From: a virus
Taxonomy: Duplodnaviria > Caudoviricetes
Length of the DNA: 64,000 nucleotides
IMG/VR virus record: IMGVR_UViG_3300044719_000048
Location: 1 to 64,000 of that record
Strand: one strand, 5' to 3'
The translations under genes and the position numbers were made by a program. Positions 1 to 9,119 of the stretch are shown here, in pieces. The notes beneath the pieces were generated by a model. That model ran no database searches and had not been told where the DNA came from. It saw nothing but the letters and a program-made list of their open reading frames with translations. Position 1 is the first letter of the stretch; every line of letters starts with the position of its first letter.

Positions 1-242
1 AACAGTTCGAGAAGCGGAAGCCCAAAGATGAGAAGCAGGCGATGGCACTGTTCAAAGCTCTTGCCGAGAAGGTGGGGAAAGCCTTGAACCACGTGCGTAA
101 TGGCGCGGGCGGTACGAAGGTTATTGGTGCGACGGCTTTGCAAGCCTACATCGATCCGATGGTGCAGCTGGAGTACTGGAACACATTGGGTTTCCGTGTG
201 CCCAAGTTCCTCGAAAAATTCGATCAGGCCTTGGCCGACTAA
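1..242 (+). CDS. hypothetical protein, 5'-truncated by window edge
   Basis: Frame of the 42..242 ORF stays open back to position 3; stop is followed by the AGGAG RBS of the next gene. Confidence 0.7.
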   Translation, partial: QFEKRKPKDEKQAMALFKALAEKVGKALNHVRNGAGGTKVIGATALQAYIDPMVQLEYWNTLGFRVPKFLEKFDQALAD

Positions 243-253
243 AAGGAGAAACG

Positions 254-802
254 ATGAAGATCAACGCGGCCTCACGTCTCCTGACACAGGAGGCTTTTCT
301 AGAAGAACTTCTGAACTTCTTTGAAGGCAACAAGGTGAGCCGGCAGTGGCTAAAGCAGGTCAGTCAAATGCGAGACACTGGTCCGTCAGAGGCGTATCGA
401 CTAATTCTCGTACCACGAACTAAACGCATCCAAGTAGGTACGCGTATTCGATTAGTGTCAAAGCCTGTTGTGTCAGTGTCGGACCGCGTGGTGAACGCAG
501 TGTACGCTGGCTCCAGCTTTCACGATGACGTAGGGACAGACCTCGAAGGCGCGCAGGTGGTAGTCGTACGTATTGACTCGCCTTCATACCTTATAAGTTT
601 CAAATCACTGATACGGTTTTCCGAGCAAGCCGTTCGCAAGTTCCGCTTTAGCAAAGAGGCTATTCATGTTAGGCGGAGGCTTAAAGAGGAGAGGGAGTAC
701 CTGATTGACGGTTCTCGGCTAGTAGGAACCGTCGTGCATTACACCAAGGACACTGAGTTCATATCCAAAGGTGACTACAGAAAACTTAGGGAGAAGCGAT
801 GA
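254..802 (+). CDS. putative R-S-E type ADP-ribosyltransferase-like protein with N-terminal targeting peptide
   Basis: AAGGAG RBS; starts MKINAASRLLT; ordered motifs AYRL, VSVSD and EEREYLI fit the ART R/SxS/ExE triad. Confidence 0.55.
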   Translation: MKINAASRLLTQEAFLEELLNFFEGNKVSRQWLKQVSQMRDTGPSEAYRLILVPRTKRIQVGTRIRLVSKPVVSVSDRVVNAVYAGSSFHDDVGTDLEGAQVVVVRIDSPSYLISFKSLIRFSEQAVRKFRFSKEAIHVRRRLKEEREYLIDGSRLVGTVVHYTKDTEFISKGDYRKLREKR

Positions 803-1266
803 AAATTCAAGCAGCCGCCCGTCTGATGGCGGGCCGTGGTTCAGGTGAAGGTGCGGGTGCCCTCTACTACTGCCCGGAGACCGAGAACTTCCTGTTGATG
901 CTTCGTGCTGACGACGGCACTCAAGATGGCAACACGTGGTGCTGTCTCGGTGGCGGACGCGATGACAATGAGCCTCTGGAAACTACGGTTCGCCGTGAAT
1001 CCTTCGAGGAGGCCGGCCTGGACATGGATCATCCAATGGAGCTCTATCGGGTCGGTACCAAGTACTACCCGGATGGGTTCAGATTCCACAGCTACCTCGC
1101 GCTGGTCGATGAAGAGTTCCTTCCGATCATCAACGACGAGCACCAGACGTACCAGTGGTGCAACTGGAATGACTTCCCGAAGAACATGCACAAAGGCATG
1201 ATGGAGACCTTCATGGCCCCTGAAGGTCAAGCCGCGCTCAAGCGCTACACAACCGCACTTGACTAA
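799..1266 (+). CDS. Nudix hydrolase with N-terminal targeting peptide
   Basis: Nudix box GGRDDNEPLETTVRRESFEEAG; starts MKIQAAARLMA. Confidence 0.9.
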   Translation: MKIQAAARLMAGRGSGEGAGALYYCPETENFLLMLRADDGTQDGNTWCCLGGGRDDNEPLETTVRRESFEEAGLDMDHPMELYRVGTKYYPDGFRFHSYLALVDEEFLPIINDEHQTYQWCNWNDFPKNMHKGMMETFMAPEGQAALKRYTTALD

Positions 1267-1277
1267 GGAGTTAGAAG

Positions 1278-1616
1278 ATGTCTAATAATCGAAAGGCCTT
1301 AGTAGTGGAAGCCGCTCAACGGCTGAAAGGATACGCATCCCAACCGAACACCAACTTCGGGCAGACTTCGGAACTCCACGGTTCGGAGAGCGCGTATCTC
1401 GACTCGCTGGTCGAGTCCGGCCAATTCACGCGGGAGGAGGTCGATAAAGCGTGGCAACAAGCCAAGGAGACAGCCGACAAGAACGCGAAGGCCAACCCTA
1501 ACATCGTCCCTTCGTACGCCTACACTACGGCCATCTTCCAATCGATCCTCGGCATTCGGAAGAATGCTGCCGTGGAGATCAAGGCCTTCGCGCGACTAGC
1601 TTCCGTGGAGCCATGA
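1278..1616 (+). CDS. hypothetical protein with tag-like peptides at both ends
   Basis: AAGGAG RBS; VVEAAQRLKG near the N-terminus and EIKAFARLAS at the C-terminus. Confidence 0.75.
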   Translation: MSNNRKALVVEAAQRLKGYASQPNTNFGQTSELHGSESAYLDSLVESGQFTREEVDKAWQQAKETADKNAKANPNIVPSYAYTTAIFQSILGIRKNAAVEIKAFARLASVEP

Positions 1617-2023
1617 TGGTTAAGGTCCACGCAGCCAAGCGTCTGCTGACGGCAGACGCTGACGAAGCCTTGGCTCGGAAGTACATCAAGTCAGTGGCCG
1701 GTATCGATGTGGGAAAGATGGAGCATACATCGCCTGACACGATTAGGTTCACTGTCCAGTCCAAGGACGATTTCCTGAAGGCCCGACAGGAGCTGATCAA
1801 GCACTTCGGCAAGCCCGACACGAAGATGAACGTTGGATGGTCGCAGGCCGGTAAGTGGATGATCGATCCTGAGAAGGTGATCATGCTCGACGACACGCGC
1901 TACGGAGGAGGACAGCAGCAATTCCCGTATTCGATTTCGTTGGTGGATCGTGCGCATCGCGAAAGCCTGCATCGCATGATCGAGCGCGTCGTAGGTCCAC
2001 CCAAACCTATTCCAAAGCGTTGA
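1613..2023 (+). CDS. tagged hypothetical protein, orphan paralogue family member 1
   Basis: MMVKVHAAKRLLTA; aligns by eye with ORFs at 26550, 26862, 27203 and 36801. Confidence 0.8.
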   Translation: MMVKVHAAKRLLTADADEALARKYIKSVAGIDVGKMEHTSPDTIRFTVQSKDDFLKARQELIKHFGKPDTKMNVGWSQAGKWMIDPEKVIMLDDTRYGGGQQQFPYSISLVDRAHRESLHRMIERVVGPPKPIPKR

Positions 2024-2026
2024 TGC

Positions 2027-2060
2027 GAAGGGCGCTCCCTTGACTGGCGAGCGCCCTCTT
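2027..2060 (+). terminator. probable intrinsic terminator
   Basis: AGGGCGCTC/GAGCGCCCT stem right after the stop, short T tail. Confidence 0.6.
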
Positions 2061-2082
2061 CCATATGGAACGGCATCAACCA

Positions 2083-2090
2083 AGTAAATA
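2083..2090 (+). promoter_or_regulatory. GTAAATA-class putative phage promoter
   Basis: AGTAAATA between terminator and GGAGG RBS; same motif recurs before replication genes. Confidence 0.5.
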
Positions 2091-2109
2091 GGTATTGAAA
2101 GGAGGCACC

Positions 2110-2529
2110 ATGAATATCTGGATTGCTAAGGACGGGGCTCACTGGAAGCCCTATCCATTGGAGGCCATACCGAAGCCCGTGACGTTTCCGCGCTTCGTCT
2201 CGTACCCTAATGAGCTGCCAACTGCACGAGCGCAGAGGTGGCGACAAACTTTCAAGGAGCTGGCGGAAAAGCAGCACGACTATGTAATGTCCGCAGCAGC
2301 TTGGGCCTTACACGACGCCAAGAGCCAGCTGGGCCTTGAGCAGATCATGCAGAGCTATGCCGACCGTATGGCTGCCCACCAAGACCTGGATCACTTCGTC
2401 TACCATACGGCAGACCAACCGCTGGAGCTTACCGTAACGTACAAACTGAGGGGCTCGTCCAAGACCCACCAGATGACGCTCTCCCTTCTTAGTCCATCAC
2501 AGCAGGAGCAACATGCATCGCCTAGATAA
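2110..2529 (+). CDS. hypothetical protein
   Basis: GGAGG RBS before ATG 2110. Confidence 0.75.
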   Translation: MNIWIAKDGAHWKPYPLEAIPKPVTFPRFVSYPNELPTARAQRWRQTFKELAEKQHDYVMSAAAWALHDAKSQLGLEQIMQSYADRMAAHQDLDHFVYHTADQPLELTVTYKLRGSSKTHQMTLSLLSPSQQEQHASPR

Positions 2530-2827
2530 GTTGAACGCACTTGTGGAACTGCAATTGCGTTGTACTACCATGTCCGAACTCGCCAAACGCGTCAAAGACG
2601 TGCCACCAAGCTGGAACGTCAACTGGGCGACCTCTAGTGTGACGTTCACCAGTCCGGATCGAAAGAAGATCCTCAAGATCGATGCCGAGAAGAACTACAC
2701 TCTGGACGTCAAGCGACCGGACGGCACGTACAAGAGCACGCGCTTCAACTGCAAGTCGGTAGACGAAGCGTGGACAATGGCTTTTCAAGTGATCAAAATA
2801 CACAGGAGCGCAGATGCAATCCACTGA
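2513..2827 (+). CDS. hypothetical protein
   Basis: AGGAG RBS; coupled to neighbouring genes. Confidence 0.75.
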   Translation: MHRLDKLNALVELQLRCTTMSELAKRVKDVPPSWNVNWATSSVTFTSPDRKKILKIDAEKNYTLDVKRPDGTYKSTRFNCKSVDEAWTMAFQVIKIHRSADAIH

Positions 2828-3302
2828 ATCGTACACTGACTTCCAGCACGCGCGACTCGTATTCACTCAATACCTAGAGCGCAGGATCAAAGGTGAGTTC
2901 CTGAACGATAGCCTAGTAAAACGCGCTCAGAAACTGGCAGACAACTGGTGGCGAGGGAGAAGTGTATGGCTCGGGACGTCTGGCGTGCGCGTAACTGGGT
3001 GCATTCTGGCATTCGGCCTGGGCACCGTAGGCGTCGAGAGATGGCTGACACGCTTCATCATCGACAAACACGACATCCATCATCTGGTTCCTTCTGCGGT
3101 GGCGTTGGGCTACATTCAAGGCTGGCAACTCTACATGGCGAACTACGAAGAACGACCACATCTGATTGCGCGTCAAGGCCATGAAGTGCAGCGCTGGTCA
3201 GCGCAAGAAATCAACATTCCACCACAAGGCAGTCCTCTGTTCGTGGCGCTCGAACGCGCGAAGGCTTTGGGCTACCTTTCAACCTTGAAAGGCCAATCAT
3301 GA
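2814..3302 (+). CDS. hypothetical protein
   Basis: AGGAG RBS; overlapping operon arrangement. Confidence 0.75.
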   Translation: MQSTESYTDFQHARLVFTQYLERRIKGEFLNDSLVKRAQKLADNWWRGRSVWLGTSGVRVTGCILAFGLGTVGVERWLTRFIIDKHDIHHLVPSAVALGYIQGWQLYMANYEERPHLIARQGHEVQRWSAQEINIPPQGSPLFVALERAKALGYLSTLKGQS

Positions 3303-3733
3303 GGGATCAAACAAAGACCCATCTCTGTCCTCGGCGCAGTGAAGCACCCGCTATGTTCAAACTGCCAGAGACAGACCACCTTCTCGCGGACGGCACCTGC
3401 AGCTATTGCGGAAGCCTCGACGGTGACATTCTGATGGAAGGCCTGGAGGCCGGGACCATCTATCTGGAGGGCTCCGACAAGAACTACAAGGCCTACTTGA
3501 AGGCCGTGGATGGAGGTCCGCCCCTCTTGCAGACCTATCGAACGGATAACGATCGTACTGGTGATCCCACCAAGTGGGTGTGGGAAACCAAGGAGGTAGA
3601 ACAAGGCAAATTCTACTACATGCACCTGTCGTCGACTCAAATGCAGCGGTTCGTGGAGCTCTGGAACGAACGACGAATCAAGCACAGCCTGTATGTTCTG
3701 CCGTACTTCATGCAACTCAGGGAGGGTGCATGA
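3299..3733 (+). CDS. hypothetical protein, possibly Zn-binding
   Basis: ATGA overlap; CPRR and CSYCGS motifs. Confidence 0.75.
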   Translation: MRDQTKTHLCPRRSEAPAMFKLPETDHLLADGTCSYCGSLDGDILMEGLEAGTIYLEGSDKNYKAYLKAVDGGPPLLQTYRTDNDRTGDPTKWVWETKEVEQGKFYYMHLSSTQMQRFVELWNERRIKHSLYVLPYFMQLREGA

Positions 3734-3951
3734 TCCTCGAAAACTATGGCGTGGCCGCGGACTTAGTCGAGGTGGACGCAAGCGGTCGTCTTCATATCAA
3801 CCTCACAACTGATCGCGACCTACGCTTGACCGTCAACGATCAGCCTATGAGAGTTGACGCAAGTTCTCCTCCTTCGGCCTTCAAGTTTTGGGGGCCCGAC
3901 GGCAAGCAGACCGATGTGGCGCCTCCCGACCTGCGCGGCGAGGAGCGATAA
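3730..3951 (+). CDS. hypothetical protein
   Basis: GGAGG RBS and ATGA overlap place the start at 3730 (MILENYG). Confidence 0.7.
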   Translation: MILENYGVAADLVEVDASGRLHINLTTDRDLRLTVNDQPMRVDASSPPSAFKFWGPDGKQTDVAPPDLRGEER

Positions 3952-3953
3952 CC

Positions 3954-3986
3954 AAGAGCCCAGCAGATGCTGGGCTCTTTGCTTTT
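3954..3986 (+). terminator. intrinsic terminator
   Basis: AAGAGCCCAGCA/TGCTGGGCTCTT perfect stem with T-rich tail. Confidence 0.8.
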
Positions 3987-3992
3987 GCGCCC

Positions 3993-4002
3993 GAATTTCA
4001 TG
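3993..4002 (+). promoter_or_regulatory. AATTTNA-class putative late promoter
   Basis: GAATTTCATG after the terminator and before the RBS of a virion operon. Confidence 0.55.
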
Positions 4003-4023
4003 GTTTAGCAACTGGAGATCATC

Positions 4024-5250
4024 ATGCCTGTGAAGACCTCGAACAACAACCGCATTCTTCCCGGGAACGCACGTGCTGCAGACGTCGCCACCAAAGCGAT
4101 CCAAGAGATTCTACCCACTCAGCAGATGCGCTATCACTCGGCCTTTCGTGTACAAGGCTTTGAGGGCGTACTCTACAATCGTCTCTATCAAGGGCCGAAG
4201 TGCACGTGCAAGTCCACTCAGAAGCACTTGGCTTCGCGCCTCGACGAGTCGGGTAAGGCACGCCCAGGCGTGATCAACGAACTGATGGTGGGGCAGGTCT
4301 TTGACGTCTCGGCTTATGGACACAGCGGTCCACGCAACGATCCCTTCGACTCCATTGTCTCGCCTCACGCTCCTGTCAATAAGCACCAGGGCGTGTTCGA
4401 CAACGTAAGTCGGGACCCCACTTCTTTGCCAGCTCGCATCGTGGACGAAGACTTTGGCGATAACGGCCCGGTGTCAGTGGAGTTCGACATCGATACGCTA
4501 GCCGCCGACTTCGATGCTAATGCTCCGGGCATGACCGAGGCCTCTTGCGCCGTGTGCTTTGGCTCCGGTTTCGTAGGTGGCTATGCTCCGCTGTACGGCA
4601 AGCGCATTGTGCGTACTGTCGATCAGGTGGAGTTGGCGTCCACAGACGTCATAGACCCTGCACGCACACCTTGGGTGGCCACCACGCAGAAATTCAAGTT
4701 CACGGAAGTTCTACCGTTCGGAGCCGTAGCCTTAGACGCTTTCAGGGTGCTCCTCGATCATCGACCTCTTCCCGCAAATTTTACGATAGACGGCAATCAC
4801 GTAAACGAGATCTCCGTGCTGAAATACTGCGACGGCAAGTCCCATCTTATAGAGGTCTTGTTCAGCTCGGAGCAGACGTTCACTCACGTCGAAATCCAGT
4901 TCAAGACCTCAACTGATAATGCGTTCTTCGAGTTCCCGAAGCTCTCAAAATCGAGCGACATTTCCGTGCTGGACAACACTGAGCCCTTCCAGATCATTCT
5001 GTCTCCGTTGGTGCCTTCGGTACAGGTTGAAGACATCTTCACGGACTCGACGTATGGGAAGGCCTTGATCGTTCAGTCGGTCAACACGTGGAACACTCGC
5101 AATCGTCAGACTCTCGGATGGGAGTGTCAGGTCCGCGTGGCTCAGACTCCCGAGATCTACAACTACTTGCCTCGACGAGGCCGCATTCAAACCAAACCGC
5201 AGACCAGTAACATGGTTCACGACAACTCTACCGGCTATCGCCGTACCTAA
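4024..5250 (+). CDS. putative virion neck/head-closure protein
   Basis: CTC...CAVCFGSGFVGGY pattern recalls myovirus head-closure proteins; virion-operon context. Confidence 0.45.
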   Translation: MPVKTSNNNRILPGNARAADVATKAIQEILPTQQMRYHSAFRVQGFEGVLYNRLYQGPKCTCKSTQKHLASRLDESGKARPGVINELMVGQVFDVSAYGHSGPRNDPFDSIVSPHAPVNKHQGVFDNVSRDPTSLPARIVDEDFGDNGPVSVEFDIDTLAADFDANAPGMTEASCAVCFGSGFVGGYAPLYGKRIVRTVDQVELASTDVIDPARTPWVATTQKFKFTEVLPFGAVALDAFRVLLDHRPLPANFTIDGNHVNEISVLKYCDGKSHLIEVLFSSEQTFTHVEIQFKTSTDNAFFEFPKLSKSSDISVLDNTEPFQIILSPLVPSVQVEDIFTDSTYGKALIVQSVNTWNTRNRQTLGWECQVRVAQTPEIYNYLPRRGRIQTKPQTSNMVHDNSTGYRRT

Positions 5251-5259
5251 AGGACCGAC

Positions 5260-6471
5260 ATGGACATCCCAAATTTCCGCTACATGCAAGACGCTCAGCG
5301 TTTCCTCCAGGAGATGAACAAGGAGGTGGACGAGGCCCGCCAACTCCTGAAGAAGCAACAGCAGATGCTGGGTGCATCGCTGGCGGCACTCCGCGTGACT
5401 GCCGCAACCATGGTCTTCGATCTCACGCCGTCGTCCGGCAAGGAGCAGCGGTCGCTCATCCAGAAGATGAAACACAAGATCGATCCGGACCTCACCAACG
5501 TGGTGGTTCCGAATATGAAGAAGCTCCAGTCCCAGTACAATCTGGCCGAAGACTTCTACGAGAAGCTGCGCGGCATCGAACAGGCCGAGACCCAAGTGCA
5601 GATGACGTTCCACAATCGTCGCGGCCCTGAATACGATGCGCTGATGCGTCAGTTCCAAGTCCTGAAAGAGAAGGTGCAGAACGCCCTCAAGGACTGCCTG
5701 CAGTTCCTGTCCGACGTGGCGCACAAGCACGTGCCGGAGTCGTTCCAGAAGTACGTGGATATGGTGGCCGAGCTGGTCAACGAGCACGTGATCTTCCGCG
5801 ATTCGCAGACTTTCATGTACGTGTCGGTTGATCCTCAAGGCAATCTGGTCTTCACGTCGTATCTCATGCTGCAGGACGTGGCAAACGACGAGGGCCAGGT
5901 CGCACCGCACTTGTACATTTCGATTCAGTGGGTGCTCTCCAAGGAGCCCACGGTCTCGGTGGACCTGAATCACGAGTACGAAGTGCCCAACAAGTTGCTA
6001 GGTCAGGGCGAAGTCGTGGGTTCCGTGGGTGAGGCTGTGCGCGCCATTTCCACGCTCCTCGACATGGAGAACTACTCGTCGGCTCTTGGCGTCGTGCCTC
6101 TGGCAATCCAGATGAACGTTGATCCGACCACCATCCACCCGAATATGTTCGAGTATCGGGATGTGATCTCGAAGATCATGGTGGACGAGCACACAATCTC
6201 CTTCAAGCTGCGCCAAGAGCTGAACAAGCCCGAAGCCATCACGGAGATCGCCGCCCAGATCTACAAGGAGTTGAAAGCCCTCATGAAGACGCGCAACGTG
6301 CGTCTGACCATGAAGACCGAGAAGGAAGGTCGCGCCACCGTGCTGAAGTTCAACATCGTTCGCATTGCCGAAGGCGGAGAACTGAACGAGTACGATCTGG
6401 AGTTCTTGCGCGACAAGTTCGACCTGAACCAAACGCAGCTCCGCAAGATCGTGAACATCATCAATCGCTGA
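5260..6471 (+). CDS. hypothetical protein, probably virion-associated
   Basis: 403-aa ORF, AAGGA RBS, helical N-terminal half. Confidence 0.8.
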   Translation: MDIPNFRYMQDAQRFLQEMNKEVDEARQLLKKQQQMLGASLAALRVTAATMVFDLTPSSGKEQRSLIQKMKHKIDPDLTNVVVPNMKKLQSQYNLAEDFYEKLRGIEQAETQVQMTFHNRRGPEYDALMRQFQVLKEKVQNALKDCLQFLSDVAHKHVPESFQKYVDMVAELVNEHVIFRDSQTFMYVSVDPQGNLVFTSYLMLQDVANDEGQVAPHLYISIQWVLSKEPTVSVDLNHEYEVPNKLLGQGEVVGSVGEAVRAISTLLDMENYSSALGVVPLAIQMNVDPTTIHPNMFEYRDVISKIMVDEHTISFKLRQELNKPEAITEIAAQIYKELKALMKTRNVRLTMKTEKEGRATVLKFNIVRIAEGGELNEYDLEFLRDKFDLNQTQLRKIVNIINR

Positions 6472-6478
6472 GGCTACT

Positions 6479-6649
6479 ATGAAGATACAGGCTAACGAGC
6501 GTCTTAGGGCCGCATCTCGCGACAAGGAGGACGCCGCGCGCTATCGTGCTATCCGTGATCGCGTCATGGAGACTGGCACGCTGACTCTGAAGCGTCCTAA
6601 GGACGTAAAAGCCTTCGACGAAATGATCGACAAGGTCTTGAGGACTTAA
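6479..6649 (+). CDS. 56-aa tagged hypothetical protein (not in ORF track)
   Basis: GAGG RBS; MKIQANERLRAASRDKED...KVLRT*; fills the gap and abuts the next ATG. Confidence 0.75.
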   Translation: MKIQANERLRAASRDKEDAARYRAIRDRVMETGTLTLKRPKDVKAFDEMIDKVLRT

Positions 6650-8161
6650 ATGAAAACATACGTCTACTCCAAGGACCCGAATGCTGATCTCGAGGTCCTA
6701 GTAGACGTGACGGAGCTCTTGAAGTTCGGAGAGACCATCACGTCTATAGTGCCTACAGTGGCTTCGCCGTTAAGTGCGCACACGCTTCTTGTGGTTCCGC
6801 AGTCGGACCCTACCGATCCTCAAGTGAAGCTGCTTCTGCAGAACGGTGATCTAAACGTCAGCTATGGGTTCCAGCTGGTCATCACTACCGACGCTCGCGT
6901 ACTCACTGCGTTGGTGGCTGTCACGTTGGTCGATCCAACGTTCGTACCGTACACAACACAGGACCCTAACGCCTACGTCGATCTACTGGACACGATTCAG
7001 GCTGGTCAATCGGCCATAGGTACTGCCGTGTTCTCGTTTCCGGCTACTGTTGACCCCACCGGAGGCTACGTAACCTGGGAGTTCATGGACGCCCAAGGCA
7101 CCGTGTATTCGTCAGGGAATGCCTTCGACTACCAGATCCAGTCGTCCGGTTTGGCGAATACGGTACTGGCGCGGGCAGTCGTCAACTGCCCGTCTTCGGT
7201 ACCTCCGTCGAGCGTGAACTCGAAGTATCAACTGCGCTACAAGCTGACTCTCGCACATTTGGATCCTACGCAGCAGCGCGAGTACCTCTCGGCAGAGAAC
7301 GTGACGGTCACTGGTCTGACCAACAACCCACTGGGTACGCAAGATCAGATCGAGTTCCGAGGCAAGCCAGCGAAGCTCTCTATAGTGCTCGATAGGCTGT
7401 ACGACAACGTGGTGCTGGAGATCTACAAAGACAACACCCTGCTGGGTTCCGCGCAGGTCACGCAGTACGAGCGAGTGTCTAACGGCTTCTACTATGCTGC
7501 CACAGTGCAGACCGGTACTATGCCAGAATCATTGGAGGCTTACAATGTGGTTTGGAACTATGGTAATGTTGTGGATCCTGATACCGTTTTCACCGAAACG
7601 GCCCGACTCTGGATCAGCAACCCCTCCATCGAAAACGCAGTCAACGACGTAAAGTCGAAGATCAACAAGGCGAGGACCACGCTGTATGGAACATCAGACC
7701 TGATCTTCCCGTCGGAGGTTGTCATGGTCTGGTTGAGGCGCGGCATGGATATGTTCAACGGCTATGCGGGCGTCTTCACTTCGATCACGATGACCAATGC
7801 CAAGGGGTCGATCCGCGAGTACTGGCTGATGTGCTCTGAGGCAATGGCTCTCCAGTCGCAAGAACTTGCCGAGGCCGAAAAAGCCTTCGACTTCCAAGGG
7901 GCCGCAATCAGCTTGAACGTGGACCGTTCCGCTGCCTATGGTTCAATGGCCGACAAGATTCAAGGTCAATTGGATAACCAGCTGAAGCCGTTCAAGCAGA
8001 ACCTGATCATCAAGGGCCAGACCTCAGGTGACGGATCAGCTGATCCGTCGAGGCTGGCGCGAGGTGCTGTCGGGTGCGTTGGCATCACCATTACCCCCGC
8101 GTCTCCGTGGGGCCCCTACCGCAGCGGATTGCCCTACCCACAAACCGTTGTCATCAACTAA
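6650..8161 (+). CDS. putative virion structural protein (head-tail adaptor-like C-terminus)
   Basis: 503 aa; beta-rich N-terminus, helical C-terminal domain; virion-operon context. Confidence 0.5.
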   Translation: MKTYVYSKDPNADLEVLVDVTELLKFGETITSIVPTVASPLSAHTLLVVPQSDPTDPQVKLLLQNGDLNVSYGFQLVITTDARVLTALVAVTLVDPTFVPYTTQDPNAYVDLLDTIQAGQSAIGTAVFSFPATVDPTGGYVTWEFMDAQGTVYSSGNAFDYQIQSSGLANTVLARAVVNCPSSVPPSSVNSKYQLRYKLTLAHLDPTQQREYLSAENVTVTGLTNNPLGTQDQIEFRGKPAKLSIVLDRLYDNVVLEIYKDNTLLGSAQVTQYERVSNGFYYAATVQTGTMPESLEAYNVVWNYGNVVDPDTVFTETARLWISNPSIENAVNDVKSKINKARTTLYGTSDLIFPSEVVMVWLRRGMDMFNGYAGVFTSITMTNAKGSIREYWLMCSEAMALQSQELAEAEKAFDFQGAAISLNVDRSAAYGSMADKIQGQLDNQLKPFKQNLIIKGQTSGDGSADPSRLARGAVGCVGITITPASPWGPYRSGLPYPQTVVIN

Positions 8162-8176
8162 AGTTGCTCAGTTGAT

Positions 8177-8219
8177 AAGAGCCCGCCCTCCAGCAATGGT
8201 CGGCGGGCTCTTTGCTCTT
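8177..8219 (+). terminator. intrinsic terminator
   Basis: AAGAGCCCGCC/GGCGGGCTCTT stem with T-rich tail. Confidence 0.8.
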
Positions 8220-8225
8220 GGAAGT

Positions 8226-8235
8226 CAATTTTAGC
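8226..8235 (+). promoter_or_regulatory. AATTTNA-class putative late promoter
   Basis: CAATTTTAGC between terminator and AAGGAG RBS. Confidence 0.5.
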
Positions 8236-8258
8236 AGATCACCGAATAAGGAGCAACC

Positions 8259-9110
8259 ATGAGTGTTCAAGTGAAGGTCAGGGCCTCACAGCGACTGAAA
8301 GCCATAAACGTCGACTACTACCAGCGACTGGAACAACTAAGCGAGATGATCGACGAGCCGTCCTGGGCCGTACTCACATCGTCGATTCTGACTCCGAAGC
8401 TGCTGACGGCTTCGCAGCAGGTAGAAGCCCGTGATTTGTGGCAGAAGGTCAAGGACCTCGGGATGGTCAAGAAGCTGACTCAGTTCATCGAGCACTTTCG
8501 GAAGATAACCGAAAAGATCGCCGAGGAGGTCGGTATCGAACTCCGGCAGGTCCTCGAGGCCTTCCAGACCAAGCCTATGCTGGCGTTCTTTAAAGCCATC
8601 AAGTTCAGTGTCTCCCTGCTGCTGAAGCCCATAAAGGCCTTCGCCGACCTGTACAAGGATGGTATCCTGAAGGTCTTCGAGACCCTCCACAAGACGGGCG
8701 TGTTCCAGAAATTGCACCGCGGTGCAATGAAGGTCGATGAGTTTCTGGACCAGTATCCGATCATGCGTCGCTTGGCCGGACCCGCTGTGGCGGGTCTCCT
8801 CCTGTGGATGTGGACCTCAGCTAACTTCACAGGCTCTCCTTCTCTGGATCTGGATCTTACTGCGGCACTCAAAGCAGCCCTGGCCGGTCAGTGGAGCGCG
8901 GCCGAGCTGTTCACTTCGCCAGAGGGCCTCGCCGCCCTTGGGCTGTTGGTGACGGGGCTTACCCTACCGTTCCCTTCACCCCTATGGCTGAGTGCAGGCC
9001 TTCCAGTCAATCTGTTTATCGCTCTGTGCTACACAGCATTCAAGCACCTCAAGGGTGAGACCGATGTCGCCAAGAAGCTCAAGAGCCGTATGAAGTTCAC
9101 CAAGGTCTGA
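8259..9110 (+). CDS. tagged protein with C-terminal hydrophobic (membrane) helices
   Basis: VKVRASQRLKA; hydrophobic segments AVAGLLLWMW, LAALGLLVTGLTL and LPVNLFIALCY. Confidence 0.8.
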   Translation: MSVQVKVRASQRLKAINVDYYQRLEQLSEMIDEPSWAVLTSSILTPKLLTASQQVEARDLWQKVKDLGMVKKLTQFIEHFRKITEKIAEEVGIELRQVLEAFQTKPMLAFFKAIKFSVSLLLKPIKAFADLYKDGILKVFETLHKTGVFQKLHRGAMKVDEFLDQYPIMRRLAGPAVAGLLLWMWTSANFTGSPSLDLDLTAALKAALAGQWSAAELFTSPEGLAALGLLVTGLTLPFPSPLWLSAGLPVNLFIALCYTAFKHLKGETDVAKKLKSRMKFTKV

Positions 9111-9119
9111 GGAGAGGAA

